Shown in pieces: positions 13,480-27,423 of a stretch of DNA of 64,000 nt. The stretch comes from Schizochytrium sp. TIO01 (Eukaryota; Protista; Bigyra: Labyrinthulomycetes). The notes beneath the pieces are model-generated. The model ran no database searches. It saw only the letters and a list, made by a program, of their open reading frames with translations, and was not told where the DNA came from. The DNA lies in assembly GCA_004764695.1 (NCBI GenBank), contig SMSO01000014.1, positions 4,908,845 through 4,972,844 on the forward strand, read 5' to 3'. A program made the translations under genes and the position numbers. How positions within the stretch are numbered: position 1 is the first letter of the stretch; each line of letters starts with the position of its first letter.

Positions 13480-13776
13480 AAATGAATGAGTGGAGACAAC
13501 CCTTCTGCCAGGATGCCGAGGAGGCGTGCCTGGTTTCATGACCTTGAAATTGGCCCGCTCGCGCTTTTCCGTTCTCGCTCACTCGCTTGCAGGCTCAGGC
13601 TTAAGCTTGACTTAATCCCCTCGCGCGGTGGCAGCGACGAGGTCATGCGAGCAACAGGAGCTGACTATCCGCATTGACTCGATAGATGAACAGTTAGTTA
13701 GTTCTCAGTGCTCTTCTCTGAGAGTGAGTGCTATCGCGCAGAAGTCCGGCGCCAGAATTTCTCAAGTACAAAACAT

Positions 13777-13817
<41 letters not shown>
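13777..13817 (+). repeat. (GCAA)n microsatellite; a second copy lies at ~12468-12497
   Basis: Read directly. Confidence 0.9.
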
Positions 13818-13818
<1 letters not shown>

Positions 13819-15400
13819 TTGAGCCTGGCTGGGATCATCACGATGAGATTGTGTGTAGTTAGATAGTTCTGCTGTTGGCGCTGGCGACGCCGAGCCTGCA
13901 TTTTTATTCGCCAGGAATTTGACCAACCTCGAGAGACTGAAGAGAACATCCAGGTCACTACCGGCTTGGTCTTGTGAGCGAAAGGTCTAGTAAATGATTT
14001 GTGATGGATACTGTTGCGCTTGCAGACCCTTGCGGGAGGATGCCAACGCCAGCATTACTACTGCGTTCGAAAGGGAGGGAGCGGCTCAAGCCACGCCAGG
14101 TATCAAAAGGTCGAGCGCAGAGGCGAAAAAGACAAGAGTGCTGATGGTCTTATTCCGTACCATTTTGCAATTGCACGTGACTCTCGTTCTCTCGTACATT
14201 CTTACTTTTTCTCTACTTTTTTACATTTTTCCCTTTTTTTCAACCAAACATTTCTTCTTTTTCTTTAGCCTGGCTGTCGTATCTTGCGAAACCGGGGCTT
14301 CGTTCTGCAAGCGAGTCAGCGGCCCTTGCGGTCCTCTCTCGATTCCTGGCCGACGATCATGCGCCAGCGCTCGGCAGCCGCGATGGGCCCTTGGTCCTCG
14401 CCTCGTCCATCTATCTATCTATTGCGAAAGCCAATTTCGCAACGGTGGCGCTCATCGCAGATTTCTCAGTCGAAGATAAAAGGATAGATAAAAGGATAGG
14501 TAATAGGATAGATAAGACGTATAGGTGGTCGCTCTTTTCCGCGCCTCAGGAAGCTCTCGCAGTTAAACCGAAACGAGGTGGGCCACGAGACTGGATTGCC
14601 TTCTCGCCCCACTGACTCGAAGGAGCGCCGCGCATGGCCGCGAGACAATCGAGTAGCTCTCACGGAGCCAGAGGAGTCCTCGCCCGAAGGAGTTCGAGTT
14701 TGTTTGTTTGTGAACTCCAAGCTCAAACTTGGAGCTGAGCTCAGCGGCGAGAGGCGGAGCTGGACTCACTCGCCTTTGGGCTGTGAAGGGGCTGTGAAAA
14801 GCACAAGCGATGCGAACTTTAATGCTTTAAGTTGCAGGTGTTGACCGCTCCAGCCTCGCGGGAAACGCGAGTCCGGCGATGCGTTAGCATGCCAGGCATC
14901 ATCCAAGGACGCAGTGCAGTAATTCGTTGAAGGCGAGGCGCGGAATCGGCCATGAGCTCGCGATTGTGTAAGACCTTTTGGAATTCATTCCGCGCGTGTT
15001 TTATTTGCGCTGTGGTCTATCTAGGGCAGCTTTTTTTTAATTGGTGCTAAGTATGAATAAATTGGGCCCAACTTGAAATGACGCAAGCGTCGATGCAAGC
15101 CTGGTGAAAGAGAAGGATGTTACTACTTTGGGACAGACGAATCGAGTGTCCATCGGATATACCCACTGCAATTGAAAATGAGTGTGTCATAAGAGTGCTT
15201 CATTGCACAGCTGAGCAAAATGGTGAAAGTAGTCGTGAGCTAGATTCTTTTGCTCTTGGCTCGTTCTTGCGTTGTGTTTTCGCCCTTTTTTCTCTGTTTT
15301 TTTTTTTTTTTTTTTTTTTTTTTTTCAATGCCTTCCTTATCGCTGTTTTTGTTCGTACTTTTATTTTCTTCTTTTGAGCTGCGCGCTTCATTTTTTTTTC

Positions 15401-15432
<32 letters not shown>

Positions 15433-17516
15433 TTTTTTCATTCTTTTCCATCTGAGAAAAACAAAACTCCCACAAATATTTAATTTTAATTCAAATTACA
15501 ACATTCTGATTATCAATGGTTGGAGTCTCGGTGCTCATCTTGAGAGCCAGGAAAGCCCAAATTCTTTCTTGTTTGATCCGGCAGAATCATGTTCGATTGA
15601 ACAAATACTTTATGACATTTGATCAACTGAAAAAGAACTCACCGCTGACTCAGAGTGGTCAAACTTCCGTGAGAAAGTCCGTGCGAACGGTAGAATAAAG
15701 AAGAGACTTGAGAAGGGGCGTTCCATCTTGAAGATTTGATGGCTACTAAAAAGACCCCTAACGATTTGATTCTTAAGAATAGATCTAAAAAGCTAAGTAC
15801 GGAGCAATGCCTGCCTGTAGCCACATGTTTTCAGCTTCGAATACATCAGACATAAAATATATTGCTGCCAGTCTACCAATTTCTTCTTGGACTTCAGGCA
15901 GCCCCCATGATTTCTTTTCATGTAGGAATCTAAGAATGGCGAGACTGAATATTCAAATTATTCTATTCATTTGAACATGAAAAAGGTCGCCAAACGGCAG
16001 GTCTGTTTCTTGGGTTTGCGCCTGTCACCTGTAAGCCAGATCTTGAAGAATGATGCAAAATAAATATGTCTTTTCTATTTTTTAATCGAAACAACAAATT
16101 GTGGCCATGATCTCCACGTGTCTACCTCAAGGCAAATGCTTGGCATTGCCTTGCTCTTCATAAGCTTAAAATAATAATAATAAAACTATTTATCCAAGCG
16201 CTCCTGGTTGCACCTGGTTTGTCAAATGATCCCTAATTAGACGAATGAATAGTCGTCGTGAGATTAATGCTCTTTCTTTGAACAGTTTATAGCTGGGTCT
16301 TATCTGGATCGCTATATCACTGAATGCTGCTCAGTGGCTTGGCTTGTCACAAAAGTTCTATCGCGCCAGACATAGCCAAGACGTTTTCTCGTCATAAGCG
16401 TCGTGTCGTGGAGGCTAACTCATCGAAAAAGCTTTCGTGAGATTTGGGGAAAAGGCTTGATTCTTACCCTGCATTGTTCGCGCTCCAGTTAAACAGTCTT
16501 TGTCGGCCATTTTGGCAATCAAATACCCACTTGTTTCTTAGTTCTCGGAAATTCCAATTCGACTCAACTCTGGACTGCTTGCTATTCTATTTCATACATA
16601 TCTGCTAGAATTAATATTTATTATATTACAGAGCTAGCTCGAGCCGACCAAGTGCTAACCCTTCCTTCATAACTAGTACAAGTGTGAGCTTTGTCATAAG
16701 TGCCAGCGGCTTTCGTTGAAGATGGCACCTGCTCTCTAAATTGAGCGATTGCCACGTCCTTATGATGCAGGTCAATAATGATGCTGCCAGTGCTCTATTG
16801 GCTCACACTTCTAGAGGAGAACTATACAGCGGAATTCAATCAGTGTAATCCATTGTCTTATCCATTGTCTTACCCTAAATTGAAAATAAAATTAAAAATT
16901 GCTTTTAATTTTAAAAGAAAAACTCTTATCATGTATATGTGTAAGTGCGAGTCCGGCTGGTTTAGGCGACGGAGGCGCTGTGGGGTAAACCTAGAGAGAC
17001 TGAGAGCAAATAATAACAGCAATGACCTTCGAGTGAATTTGTTCCACATATGCTCAGCGACCCGTCGACACCACAAGTAGATCAAGTATTTAAAATAAAA
17101 GAGCAGATAAGTATCCTAGCGTTTACCATTTCTAATTAATTCTTTCTTGTTCCTGGTTGCTTTTGTTTTTTTTGGTAATGAACTTTGAACTGCCTGGTTT
17201 TTCAAGTCTAGAACACTCTTCATATTGAAACTTGTTCTAAATTCTCGCACCGTGGCTTTGCTTTTTTTTTCTTTTCTTTTTTTTAAATAGATGTTCCACA
17301 AACTTGAACTTAATAGAATGTTTTTATTAGCTTTTCTGTTCAATTACCTTCGTGCACACACTGAGACTTAATCTCTTTTGACAAAGCAAAGATATTTGAA
17401 CGCTAATTTTAAGATAATGTGTCCAACGCAACGCAGGTTGCTGCAATTAATATTTATTATCGAATAAGACAACGGCAGGTAAAAGTTTAAAGAAAAGCCA
17501 ATCACCTCACCCAATA

Positions 17517-17556
<40 letters not shown>

Positions 17557-20500
17557 TTTTTAAAGTACTACTTTAAGCATCATGTATTTTTATTTTATAT
17601 TTTTGTTTGTGGCACTGTGGTCATTTGCGTGCTTCAAAGTAAGACCTTCGTAGTTGAAGCCAGAAAACCCCCCAAACTAAGGGTACAAGCACGAGGCCAA
17701 CCTTTACTTTCGGAGTGGCTAAACTTTGTTTCTTGATAAAACTTCACTGAAAGTATTTCGCCCTTGAAAACCTTTAGCCTTGCTGTTAATAAATAATTTG
17801 TCGAGAAGAAGTGTCAAATTCAAGAGATTTTCATCAGTGCGAAACACTTTCTCAAGCCAGCTCTGAAAAGTTCCGGTCATGCACTTGGAGGACTTTGGCA
17901 TTCCACAAATTCTATTCTATAGAAAAGCTCAGCCGCAGAATTTACAATTTTGCAGAAATGCATAGAACAGCATACGAATAGAAGTCATCTGAAGAGCGCG
18001 GAAATTGTCACTGAGCGAAGTAGTTCTCAGTTTCCAGAGCTTGACAAAAAAATCAAAATAAAAGAGATGAAGGAATGCCTAAATAAGCAGAGTCATTTTG
18101 TCGAAGAAGCCTCAAGATAGATAGAAAAAGGGTATTTGTACCCTCTGAAGGCTCTTTTGCAGCTTGTATCTGCAAGCTGTACTTTGCGCATGATACAACT
18201 GAAGCAAAACTTAGATTAAGAAAACATGGTATAATAGATAAAGTTGTTCGGTGTTCGCCACGGTGAGACATTTGCAGCCCATTGTGACCCTAAACGCTTG
18301 AATTCCGGCGACCGTATGATATTCCTTCCGCCGGCGTCCGCAAGAACCCTTTGGGTGTCAGCACTTAGTAAGTGAAAATCTTCTGAGGACACTAGCTAGA
18401 TAAAGTAATCCTATCTTTCATCCTTCCATGGCTGTATCTGCCAAGTGCAAGTCGAGCGAGGTAGCTTAATTAGCCGCGTCACAGAGGCCTCGAAATCCTG
18501 TAAGCACGGATGTTTTTCATCCTGCTGAAGCAGCTCTAGCTACTTGTGCGCTGCTTTCATGTAATACAATACATCTTGCTTCCAGGCGATGATTTTATGA
18601 TCAAAATATAGCGTGCGTGAGGGTTTAGAAGGATGCTAGGTCAAATGGATGGCTACTGAACTTACGTTAGGCGCTGCAGCCTCCGTGGCTCCCATGTGTT
18701 TGAGAGCGAGGTGGCGTTCTTTCTCTGTGCGGTATGTAGCTCAACTGGGTGGAACTTTATCTCGCACATTCATTCTTGCAGCGGCGGTATATACTGAGAA
18801 TATGCGGGATCTTTAACTTTGTTTCGTTCCTATTTTCGTTTTCTTTTCTCTTCGATTTTTCAAGCAAGAAATCATCTTTTCTCCAACATGGTCTCTCTAG
18901 TATTACTGAAGTGGTCATTGTATATTTATTTAATTGAACCAAAAAAAAATATCGTTTTCCTCCTTTTTTTGCTTATTTTTCCGTAACAAAATGCAACTTC
19001 CAGTACGCTCGAGGCCCGTGCAGCTGAGCCAGACTTGGCCATCTCTTGAACCAGGTACCTGCACGCAACTTCTGGCAAGAGGGGAAGCAACACAGAGGGA
19101 ACAATGATGTGCCCGGCCGCGTAAGTTCGTATGCTTATTTCTTGGCTTTGAATGCTTGACCATGTTACATAATTGAACTCAATCCTGTGGAATCTCTTGT
19201 TTAATTCTTTTGTTCTTCACTAATTTTATCCTGTTTCTCTTTTTTTTTTTTTTTTTTAAGTAATTAAATTAAATTAAATTAATTATTATTATCATTATTG
19301 TTATTTTAATTTTAAAAGGTGATTTATTTTTTATTTTACTCGAGTATGTTAAATACTCAGTATGTGTTGTGCGTGATATAATATCAGGACGTTTATTTGA
19401 GAAATGAATATAAACAGAAACATAAACTCTAACTCCTTTCTTTTCTTCTAATTAAATAATAGTTTTTTTTTTGTTTTTTTAAGTTAGTATAACAGAATAA
19501 TCTGCCCACCTAGAGGTTGACGACCTGTTTAGCACAGAGAGGACGTGTATGTAGATTATCTATCAATTTGAAATATTCATTTGATGACAAACGAAAAATG
19601 ATCAGGTCTCAAGCTCAATAAGTGCCGCTGATGATAGGCGTATGATATATAGCATGACGCGGAAACTTTGCGATCATAATGATCTTTCCAATCATTTTTT
19701 CAGCTTGAGGAAAGAAAGAAAGGCAGAAAAAACACTTAGTAGTTCTAAAGTAGCATTTGATTTTAGAATGAGGCTGTTTTGTTTGACACGACAAAAGTCA
19801 GAGTGTGATTAAAGTGCAAAACGACTTCGGGGCGACTCGCATGAAGTAGCAGCCAAAAATGGGCTTGCGCCGCGTTATAGATCATCCTTGATGGACGGAG
19901 GAAATGCGTCTTTACGAAGGAAAGCTTAGTCGGAAGTATTTCGAAGTCGAGTCCTCCAACACTGGTTGGGACTTGTCTTAGGGAAGGTCAAGCGGATCAT
20001 GCATGCTTTCCTCTTCGAAAGTCGCGGACAATCGAGTGTAACCATAGATTTTGGAATATCCTCATACACCTCGTAAACTGATATCTGGGTACTACGGTGA
20101 GATTGGTTATTATTCCTAGATACGGAGCATCTGCAAATAAAGTCCTTCCGTGAGAGAATCCGAAGAAGAATCACTTGGTGGACGCCAAACCGCCCCCAAG
20201 GGCTGAGGGACGTCCCTGGATATTGCAACACCGTAGTGCCCACCCAAACTTGGACTTGCACCGATTATTTAGCAGGATGTTTGGTTAAAATTTGGCACAA
20301 TCAGCGGTACCTATACTTCATTGACGGCCTGGGACAAGATCTTTGGATCAAATTACATGGCCACCACACCATACAAGAGTTGCTAGATTACGAAACTGTC
20401 CGCTTGCGAAAGGGAGCGAAGAGTGCAACTACGATCATTACCTCAGCTGGAATCAGCTAAGTTATGGTCGTCTTCCTGACTGACTATCACAGAATACGAT

Positions 20501-20945
20501 CGGGGGACATTGGTGAGGATGGCTGTATCTTATTTAGATGTGGTTCCTTTTGACAGCATCATTAAAAATTAATATACCGAGCGTTTGATTAGAACTTGCA
20601 GGGCGAATGGCAAAGCTTGTTGGCTGGGTCCGAACTGAAATCCTGAAATTTACTTTAACAAACAAACATATAAACTATAGAACAAAGAGAGAGAGGACGC
20701 TATGCAGGGATATATGCCAACGAATAAGTCTGATCAAGTCTTTTGAATGCGTACACCTTCATTTCATTCTATTCGCATTTATTTTGTTGAAATGGAATGG
20801 TGAAACTAAAGATAAAATTCAAAAACTGAAATGCACCCAGAATACAAGCCGTACTTGTCTGATCGAAATTTGGAGAAGTTTGAAGATCGTAACGTAATTC
20901 TTCAAAGAAAAAGAAGTTATGAGCGTTGCAACGTAGACTCGGTGA

Positions 20946-23555
20946 TTAATTATCATCACGGAGGTAGCAAGTAAGTGAGCCACCGTAAGCAAGCTCGAGA
21001 TCATCGAGCATAAGCGAGCGTGGACCAAATCGAATAACCTCAAGAGCGCTAGTTACTGCAAATGCAGATGAAGGGCCAAAAGCAAGACTGCTACTAAAAG
21101 CATCGTCCAATGTTGCCGCAACATCACCAACACCGCCTTCATTAGCTAAATGAATGCTGCTGCTACTACTGCTGCTAGATAAGACAGGAATCAAGCCCCC
21201 CCTAAGACCATTGTTAATTGAGTCAAACTTGTCGAGCCATGCCTCATCTTGCGCGACGAGACGAGCGATCCCTCGCACATAGACATTGAGGATCTTCATG
21301 TAATTTTTAAGCTTGTATCCCATTCTTCCACGTGGAAACTTGAGATATTTGTGATTTGCTTCGTCCAATGACCACTTTTGCCATTCTGAACTACGATAGA
21401 AATCAAAGATATGCCGACTGCGGTCTTCATTCATCGAATCAATACGAGAAACTAGGTTGACTGAAGCGCCGTTCCAAAGCATGGTAAAACTAACCCACCA
21501 AAGAAAGTCGCGCATTGAGCGAATCTCAAATGGTGCGAGATCTGCTTGATGTCTGAACAAACTCATTAAGGGCTCGATGTTCGATGGTGACATGACCTGG
21601 CGCTCTCGAATATGGTTGCGCATTGCAGCTTGCCAGCCCTCGTCCAGCTGAGTAGGTCCAAGGTCAGCACCGCATACAGCACGCGTGTCGTGTTTACGGT
21701 AAAAGGATGTGTAAAGTGGTGAACCAAAAATGAGATCTGCATGTGTACTCGATAAAACAAGACTATCCCGCATGTCAAGGATCTCTCCTATCTCACCATC
21801 TTCAGAAATCTGCATTTCAATGATAGGAATCCATTCATGGCTCGTGCTCCACAAGGATTCAAGGTCTGCATATTCTGCAGGTAGCACCGTTTCTATAGAA
21901 ACTACACGAATAAGTAAATGGTTCGAGTAAAATCGTTCAGGCCCAAGATCAATGAGCGCCATGAGCATTCCAAGGGACGAAATGTCAGCTGTCAAAAGAA
22001 CCTGAATAGTACGCACGCCAAGCTGAATTGCACGGTTAACTGCAGCATCAGCCGTTCGCTGCATGAGATCGGGAATACCAGATTGGTCAAGAATCTCAGT
22101 CTGGACATCTTCGGACGAGCCTAGGAGCTGGTCATAGAGGGCGCTGCGCTCGCTGGCTGAGATGCCACCAGCTACTCTTCGAGTACGGCGTCCAATAAAA
22201 ACATTTGGAATTCGATCTGTCGGTGCCATACGAACTTCAGGATCGACGATTGTACCTGTGCGGTCAACGCAAGGGGTATTAAAAATCACAGAAGTGGCAA
22301 GAGCAAAATTTCCATTGGGGTTTGGAAAAACGGGACCACCTCCACGCACATAATAGGCAAAGAGCGGCGAGCACAGCAGCAAGGTTGAGCCGGATGTTTG
22401 ACGGCGTACCTCTACGCCATCGAAACTGCACTCCACAAGTAACAATTCTTCGAGCTCGGGACGTGGGATCAGCTCACAAATTTCATAAGCATCTAGACGA
22501 AGCTTTTCAGTAGGATCCATTTTAATTGCCGTAGGGATAATTGGAGAGTAGCGATCGAGCTTCAAATCAGGTAGGCCACCCAAATGTGCAATTGGGAAAG
22601 CCCGCGGCAGCATGAGAAGCTGAGTTAAGAATTGTGCGATGCGATGTGCGAATTGCATGGTTTTGCTTTCCTTGGGAGTCTTCCAAAAGTCATCCAGAGG
22701 GAACATACCGTCGGCCTCGTACAGAGACCAAAGCTTATCTGCAACACGTGCAATCCCCAAGCTTACACGGTTCACGACAATAGTGTTTTCGTAAGGGATT
22801 TCCTCAAGGAAGGAGTCGAATCGTACTGACCCGCGTGAGTCCTGTTCTGCCAGGTAGCACGCGGGGCTTTTAAAGTCTTGCACAAGGGCAGGAAAAGTCT
22901 TATTATCATAAATGCGAAGCTTCCGGAAACTTCTTGTTTCTGGATCAGCCTCGACTTGAGTTTTTCCCGACCATGGAGACTTTTTCTGAGCGCAGTGAAC
23001 AAAGAGTGACCCAGAAACAAAAGTGATGTCATCTGTACTGGTCAAAGATAGCATTCTTACAAGAAAGGCAACCTTGCCTGGGTATACTCTGTAGTACTCT
23101 TTTGGTCCTTTGAGCAGCTCGTGCGCCTCTTCGCGTTCGTCACCAAATCGTAAGACATCCTCAATGATAGTAATGTCGTAGGTCCCGTCATCCTTGATTA
23201 AGCTTTCGTCAGGAAGATCAACATAACCGTAGCGACTGACGAGAGGGGAAGCCGCTGGGTTTGAAGGATCTGTTGTTGCCTTTTGAAGTTCATGTGCGGC
23301 TCTAGAAAGACGAGTCAGCCGTTGAGAACCCCTTTGAAGAGAGTTCATGAGACTATTGGCAGCGATGCGTGTGCTTTTCCGCAATCGCACGCTTTTGGCT
23401 ACACGTCGTGACAGAGAGCCCTGGTTCGTCTTCTTGATCTTCTTATCTTCGGCTTCCTGCTCCATTCGCCTGCGCAACGTTGATGAAACCCCAGTGCTTT
23501 CGAGAGCCTCCAGCGATCTGGCCTCATTTGCATCCAAACCTAATCTACGATCCAT
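20946..23555 (-). CDS. 869-aa intronless protein with a C-terminal degenerate adenine-nucleotide-alpha-hydrolase (asparagine synthetase-like, phage-type) domain
   Basis: Long ATG-to-stop ORF. Ordered motifs VDRTGT, IQVLLTADISS, PAEY, VLSSTHADLIFGS, APFEIRSMRDFLWWVSF..W, FYRSSEWQKWS and YKLK resemble the recalled pattern DRT / WSGGIDST / EYP / TGExGDQLFGS / DFLWW.NF..KWQ / FF.T..FQ.WS / YK. The CDS call is confident; the family assignment is less so. Confidence 0.85.
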   Translation of the reverse strand: MDRRLGLDANEARSLEALESTGVSSTLRRRMEQEAEDKKIKKTNQGSLSRRVAKSVRLRKSTRIAANSLMNSLQRGSQRLTRLSRAAHELQKATTDPSNPAASPLVSRYGYVDLPDESLIKDDGTYDITIIEDVLRFGDEREEAHELLKGPKEYYRVYPGKVAFLVRMLSLTSTDDITFVSGSLFVHCAQKKSPWSGKTQVEADPETRSFRKLRIYDNKTFPALVQDFKSPACYLAEQDSRGSVRFDSFLEEIPYENTIVVNRVSLGIARVADKLWSLYEADGMFPLDDFWKTPKESKTMQFAHRIAQFLTQLLMLPRAFPIAHLGGLPDLKLDRYSPIIPTAIKMDPTEKLRLDAYEICELIPRPELEELLLVECSFDGVEVRRQTSGSTLLLCSPLFAYYVRGGGPVFPNPNGNFALATSVIFNTPCVDRTGTIVDPEVRMAPTDRIPNVFIGRRTRRVAGGISASERSALYDQLLGSSEDVQTEILDQSGIPDLMQRTADAAVNRAIQLGVRTIQVLLTADISSLGMLMALIDLGPERFYSNHLLIRVVSIETVLPAEYADLESLWSTSHEWIPIIEMQISEDGEIGEILDMRDSLVLSSTHADLIFGSPLYTSFYRKHDTRAVCGADLGPTQLDEGWQAAMRNHIRERQVMSPSNIEPLMSLFRHQADLAPFEIRSMRDFLWWVSFTMLWNGASVNLVSRIDSMNEDRSRHIFDFYRSSEWQKWSLDEANHKYLKFPRGRMGYKLKNYMKILNVYVRGIARLVAQDEAWLDKFDSINNGLRGGLIPVLSSSSSSSSIHLANEGGVGDVAATLDDAFSSSLAFGPSSAFAVTSALEVIRFGPRSLMLDDLELAYGGSLTCYLRDDN

Positions 23556-26500
23556 CTTTGCTGTTCTACAGATCTTGACTATGAGGCTGCTTTAGATATA
23601 CAGAATTCTTCAACAGAGCTTCCTCAATTCTGCAGAACTACAAGCTCATCAATGCTTACAAGCTCGACCCCTGCACTTTTTGTATTCTTTGCCCTGCTTC
23701 CCTATCGCTCTTGGTGTTGACATGTACCGTAGCGAGCAGACAGATCGCGGCCCAGTTAGAGGTTTGATCGGAATCCGCTTTCGAACCAGCCGCAAACGTG
23801 CAGCAGTTGCGGAACTTATGTTTATGATATGGATCACCTTAGGCAAGCCTGGTGTGCCACCCAACTAGACTCGCTTTCAAATGCGCTCGATTCCAAAGAC
23901 ATGATCAATAACAACAGCAAAAAACGATTCAGGTGGGCACGGACTTTGCGGAACTTCTAGGGGCTTCTAAAGTTACCTCTAAGCACTAATAGTGTTGGCC
24001 AAATCGAAAGAACTTTATTCAATTTAATTTATTTTTTAGGCACTAATTAAATATTATCTAGTAGTAGGAGTAAAAACATATGTATAGTTTTTATTCTTTT
24101 TTCAACATTTTCATTCTGTTACTTCAAAAAATAAAAAATAAAGCAGGAATGCCAATTTTCTCTAATGTATTCGTACGCTTTGTTACTTGAAGGTACATCT
24201 TCTTCTTCTTCCTTGCAGTCCCTGCAACTTTCATCTTTCATTCCTATGCTAATAAAACTTGGAACTGGAAATTGAGCGCTAACTTACTTAATTATTTCCA
24301 GGACTCCGCATTCTGCATCATCCCAGCGACACGAAGACAACTCATTAGTTAGCATTGATTATAAATTCAAGTCGAGGAGGATAAATGCCAGAAACCAGGG
24401 ATTGACGCGTAGTTCTTTCTGCCAGTCAAAAGTGAGCGACTGAGTGATTAATTGAGTGATTGATTGAGTGTTGAATGAGTGGGTAATCGAGCAGCTCCTC
24501 AACACAAGGATGAAATCACACACTCAGTGGAGCCTCTGCTTGTTTGGGTGTTCACCTTCTTTAATTCGCTGAGTTAGCTAGCTAGCTAGCTGGCTGCCTT
24601 CGAAGTTTCTCAATCCTTCAAGTTGAACTCCCAAATCTACCCAGCACCCAGGATGGTGGGAATGTCATGGGCCTCGCTCTCCCTTTGCAAACAAAGGATC
24701 GCAAACAACAGGCTTTCAAGTTGCTGCCGAGAAGGGGCCTTCGTTGCCCAAAGAATTGTAAAGGCAAAACAAAAGCATAAGAAATACCTTGCGCAATGAT
24801 CCCGATCGCCTGCGACTAATCACCTATATCTTTCTTGGGATGCCGATGCGACGATTGGTTTTCCTGGCGTTGTTCCCACCATGACTGATATCGCACACGG
24901 AATCGCAATGTACGAGACGGGCCTGGGCTTTTTGTAAGTCCTTCTATATATCTATCTAGTCATAGCAGCACTCAGGCTTGAATGAAAAAATTCGTAGAAA
25001 CTCCATTCAGACCAGTCGTCGCAAATGCAGGACGGTAAGCGACCGCCTCAAGCAGACATAAATCGCCAAGGGCTCAGAGGATGCAGAGCTCTTCACTGCC
25101 AATGATCTTGCTGGGTTGGAGAACCGAGAGTCAGACACCATGGAATGCTACCTTTGAGCATTCAACAACGACAAACCCACGGGAAATTCCGACAGGAAAA
25201 GCTTCCAGAGGCAACTAGGTGCCTCCAAAACTAAGGACAGGTCAGCAACCCTGGGAGCAAGAGACCAACGACGTGGAATATACTTCCTGTACTGCTGCTG
25301 CTACTGCTGCTGCTACTGTTGCTGTGCAGGCCACCTGCGCATGAGATGGATGTCAAGACTGCTAAAACGTCATGAAGACCGATTTTGACATTTGTGCTTC
25401 TTCTTCTTTTTTTCTTTTCTTTCAATGGTTTTTTCTTTTCTTTTTTCTTTTTTTCAAAGTGAGAAGTCATGTACTGTTTTCGCTAGAAAGCGGCATACGA
25501 TATAATAGTAGATAGTAGTAATACTACTTCAAGTAACCAAAATAATGCCGGATGGATGCTCACGTGCTGTCATCTGCACGTGCTGACACGATAGGTGGTT
25601 GGGGAAATCTCGACAAGGAGTAGTAACCTGCAAGAGCTATTTGAGCGTCCGCGGAAGAGATAGGAACCTGCATGAGACTCGCCAATAGGGAGGGACTATT
25701 CTACCCTTGCAACTATTCACACGATGGGACGGCGAAGAAGCGAAAACGACCATTAGAAATGTATGGGTGGAGAATTGTAAGCAATTTGGAGTGATACTCG
25801 AAGATTTGAGAAATCGAGGCTCTTGGCAAACTGAGTATCAGGTGCTATGATGATTTTGCTATCAAATTTGCAATTGCAACTGAGATCTGGCTGTTCTAGC
25901 AACAGTACGTAGACCTAAAAATACCGTACTTTAAAATAAGACCTTGCAAATTATTTTGCTTATTCCGTTCAGACAAAATAAAAGAAGAGCGATGGTGCTC
26001 AAACTTTGAATCCTACCGCCGGCCGATGAACTAATCTAATTAACTTGCGCGTTTCAAAATTCAGCCTAAACTTATTTGCTAGAAATATGTATTTCGCTTT
26101 CCTGCTCCGCGAAATCATATTCATAAGTTTGTAATTTTCTCTCAGCAATATAGTTGCAAATACAAAAGGTTTGAGGACAAATTTAGATTGGATAAGGACT
26201 TCAAAGGACGAGATACTGCAGACTAAATAAATCATCCAACCAATCCTTTTACTTGGTTGAAACTCATGTTAAAGCATATCGAACCCGTGAGTAGACAATA
26301 CTCAGGTGTAGAGCACCCCCTCTAAGCAGTCAGCAAAAGGTTCTAGCGCTTCCATTATATGTTAGCTTCCATTTTGAATCCAATATTGATTTTGCAGGTT
26401 GGAATTGCTGTAAATCCACCACCATAACTTCGAACAGCAAATAAAGCCTCTCTTTTACGTCACATGCTCGCCTCGTGCCCCCCTTCCCCCCCCCTCCCCC

Positions 26501-27384
26501 CCTTGCGCCTTGAAGCAAGCACACTTGAACAAAAACTATCCAATGTCAATGTTGAATTTCCCTTGAAGGACGTGGCAGCATCTGAGGGTTTTTCGAAACC
26601 CAACCGTAGTCTCGAGGGCCAAGCTCCCAAAACGCACTTGCAAGCTCTTCCAAGAAAACGGGAGCGGAAACCCCCTCTCCACCATCAGAGTCACCTGCTC
26701 TACATCGAGACGAATTATCTTCACGTCAGTCCAACTTAATTAAAAGCAACCAAACCGCAAGATGCCAGCAACCATCACGTGCCTCTGAGAGACAGATATG
26801 GAGTGTCTCTGTGCGGAGTGTTGGCCCCACTTGTCCCCACACTTCAGCTTCCCACAGACCGACGACGCACTCCACATCAGTTCGACGACTGGCAAGCAAG
26901 CAGGCAAGTGCCTAGTATTGCATTGCAGTTAGTTTTAGGCACCTTGAATGAGAAATCGTTTGGATATCGTTTGACGTTTGATGAAGACGAAGTTGAGTTG
27001 ATTGGATTCATCTCAAGTTGCGGAATGGCTCAGAGCAGACGTGCTCGGAATGCCGGTTTCTTGGAGCAAGCAAAGATGATGATTGGAGACGAAGCTTGCG
27101 TCTGTAGTTTCAAAGTTCAAGCCACCCCGATGTGCGAGGCGGACAAACAAAGCTGCCCAACTGGCGATCTGGGCATCGATCGAGAAACCCTGTCTTTATC
27201 CGTGAACGCCGGAGTTCCGAACAGCCCATTGGGTTCGTGAACTTGAGTCTAACATCGAACGATCGATTGGGCAGGCTTGGATTGGTCTTGAATAGCTGTA
27301 GGCGCTGGCAGCGCAGAGCTGCAGACGAGCAAATTATGGAAGGCTTTTTATTCTCGTTCGCATTCGTATTCTCATTATCACTCT

Positions 27385-27423
27385 AATTCTTATTCTTATT
27401 CTTATTCTTATTCTTATTCTTAT
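27385..27423 (+). repeat. (TTCTTA)n hexamer microsatellite
   Basis: Read directly. Confidence 0.85.

Noticed and set aside
13045-13582. ORFs of 137-177 aa (MYVC/IHTY repeats)
   Set aside because: Artefacts of the stop-free (ACAT)n microsatellite
26779-27240. 153-aa plus-strand ORF
   Set aside because: GTG start, no recognisable motif or splice support
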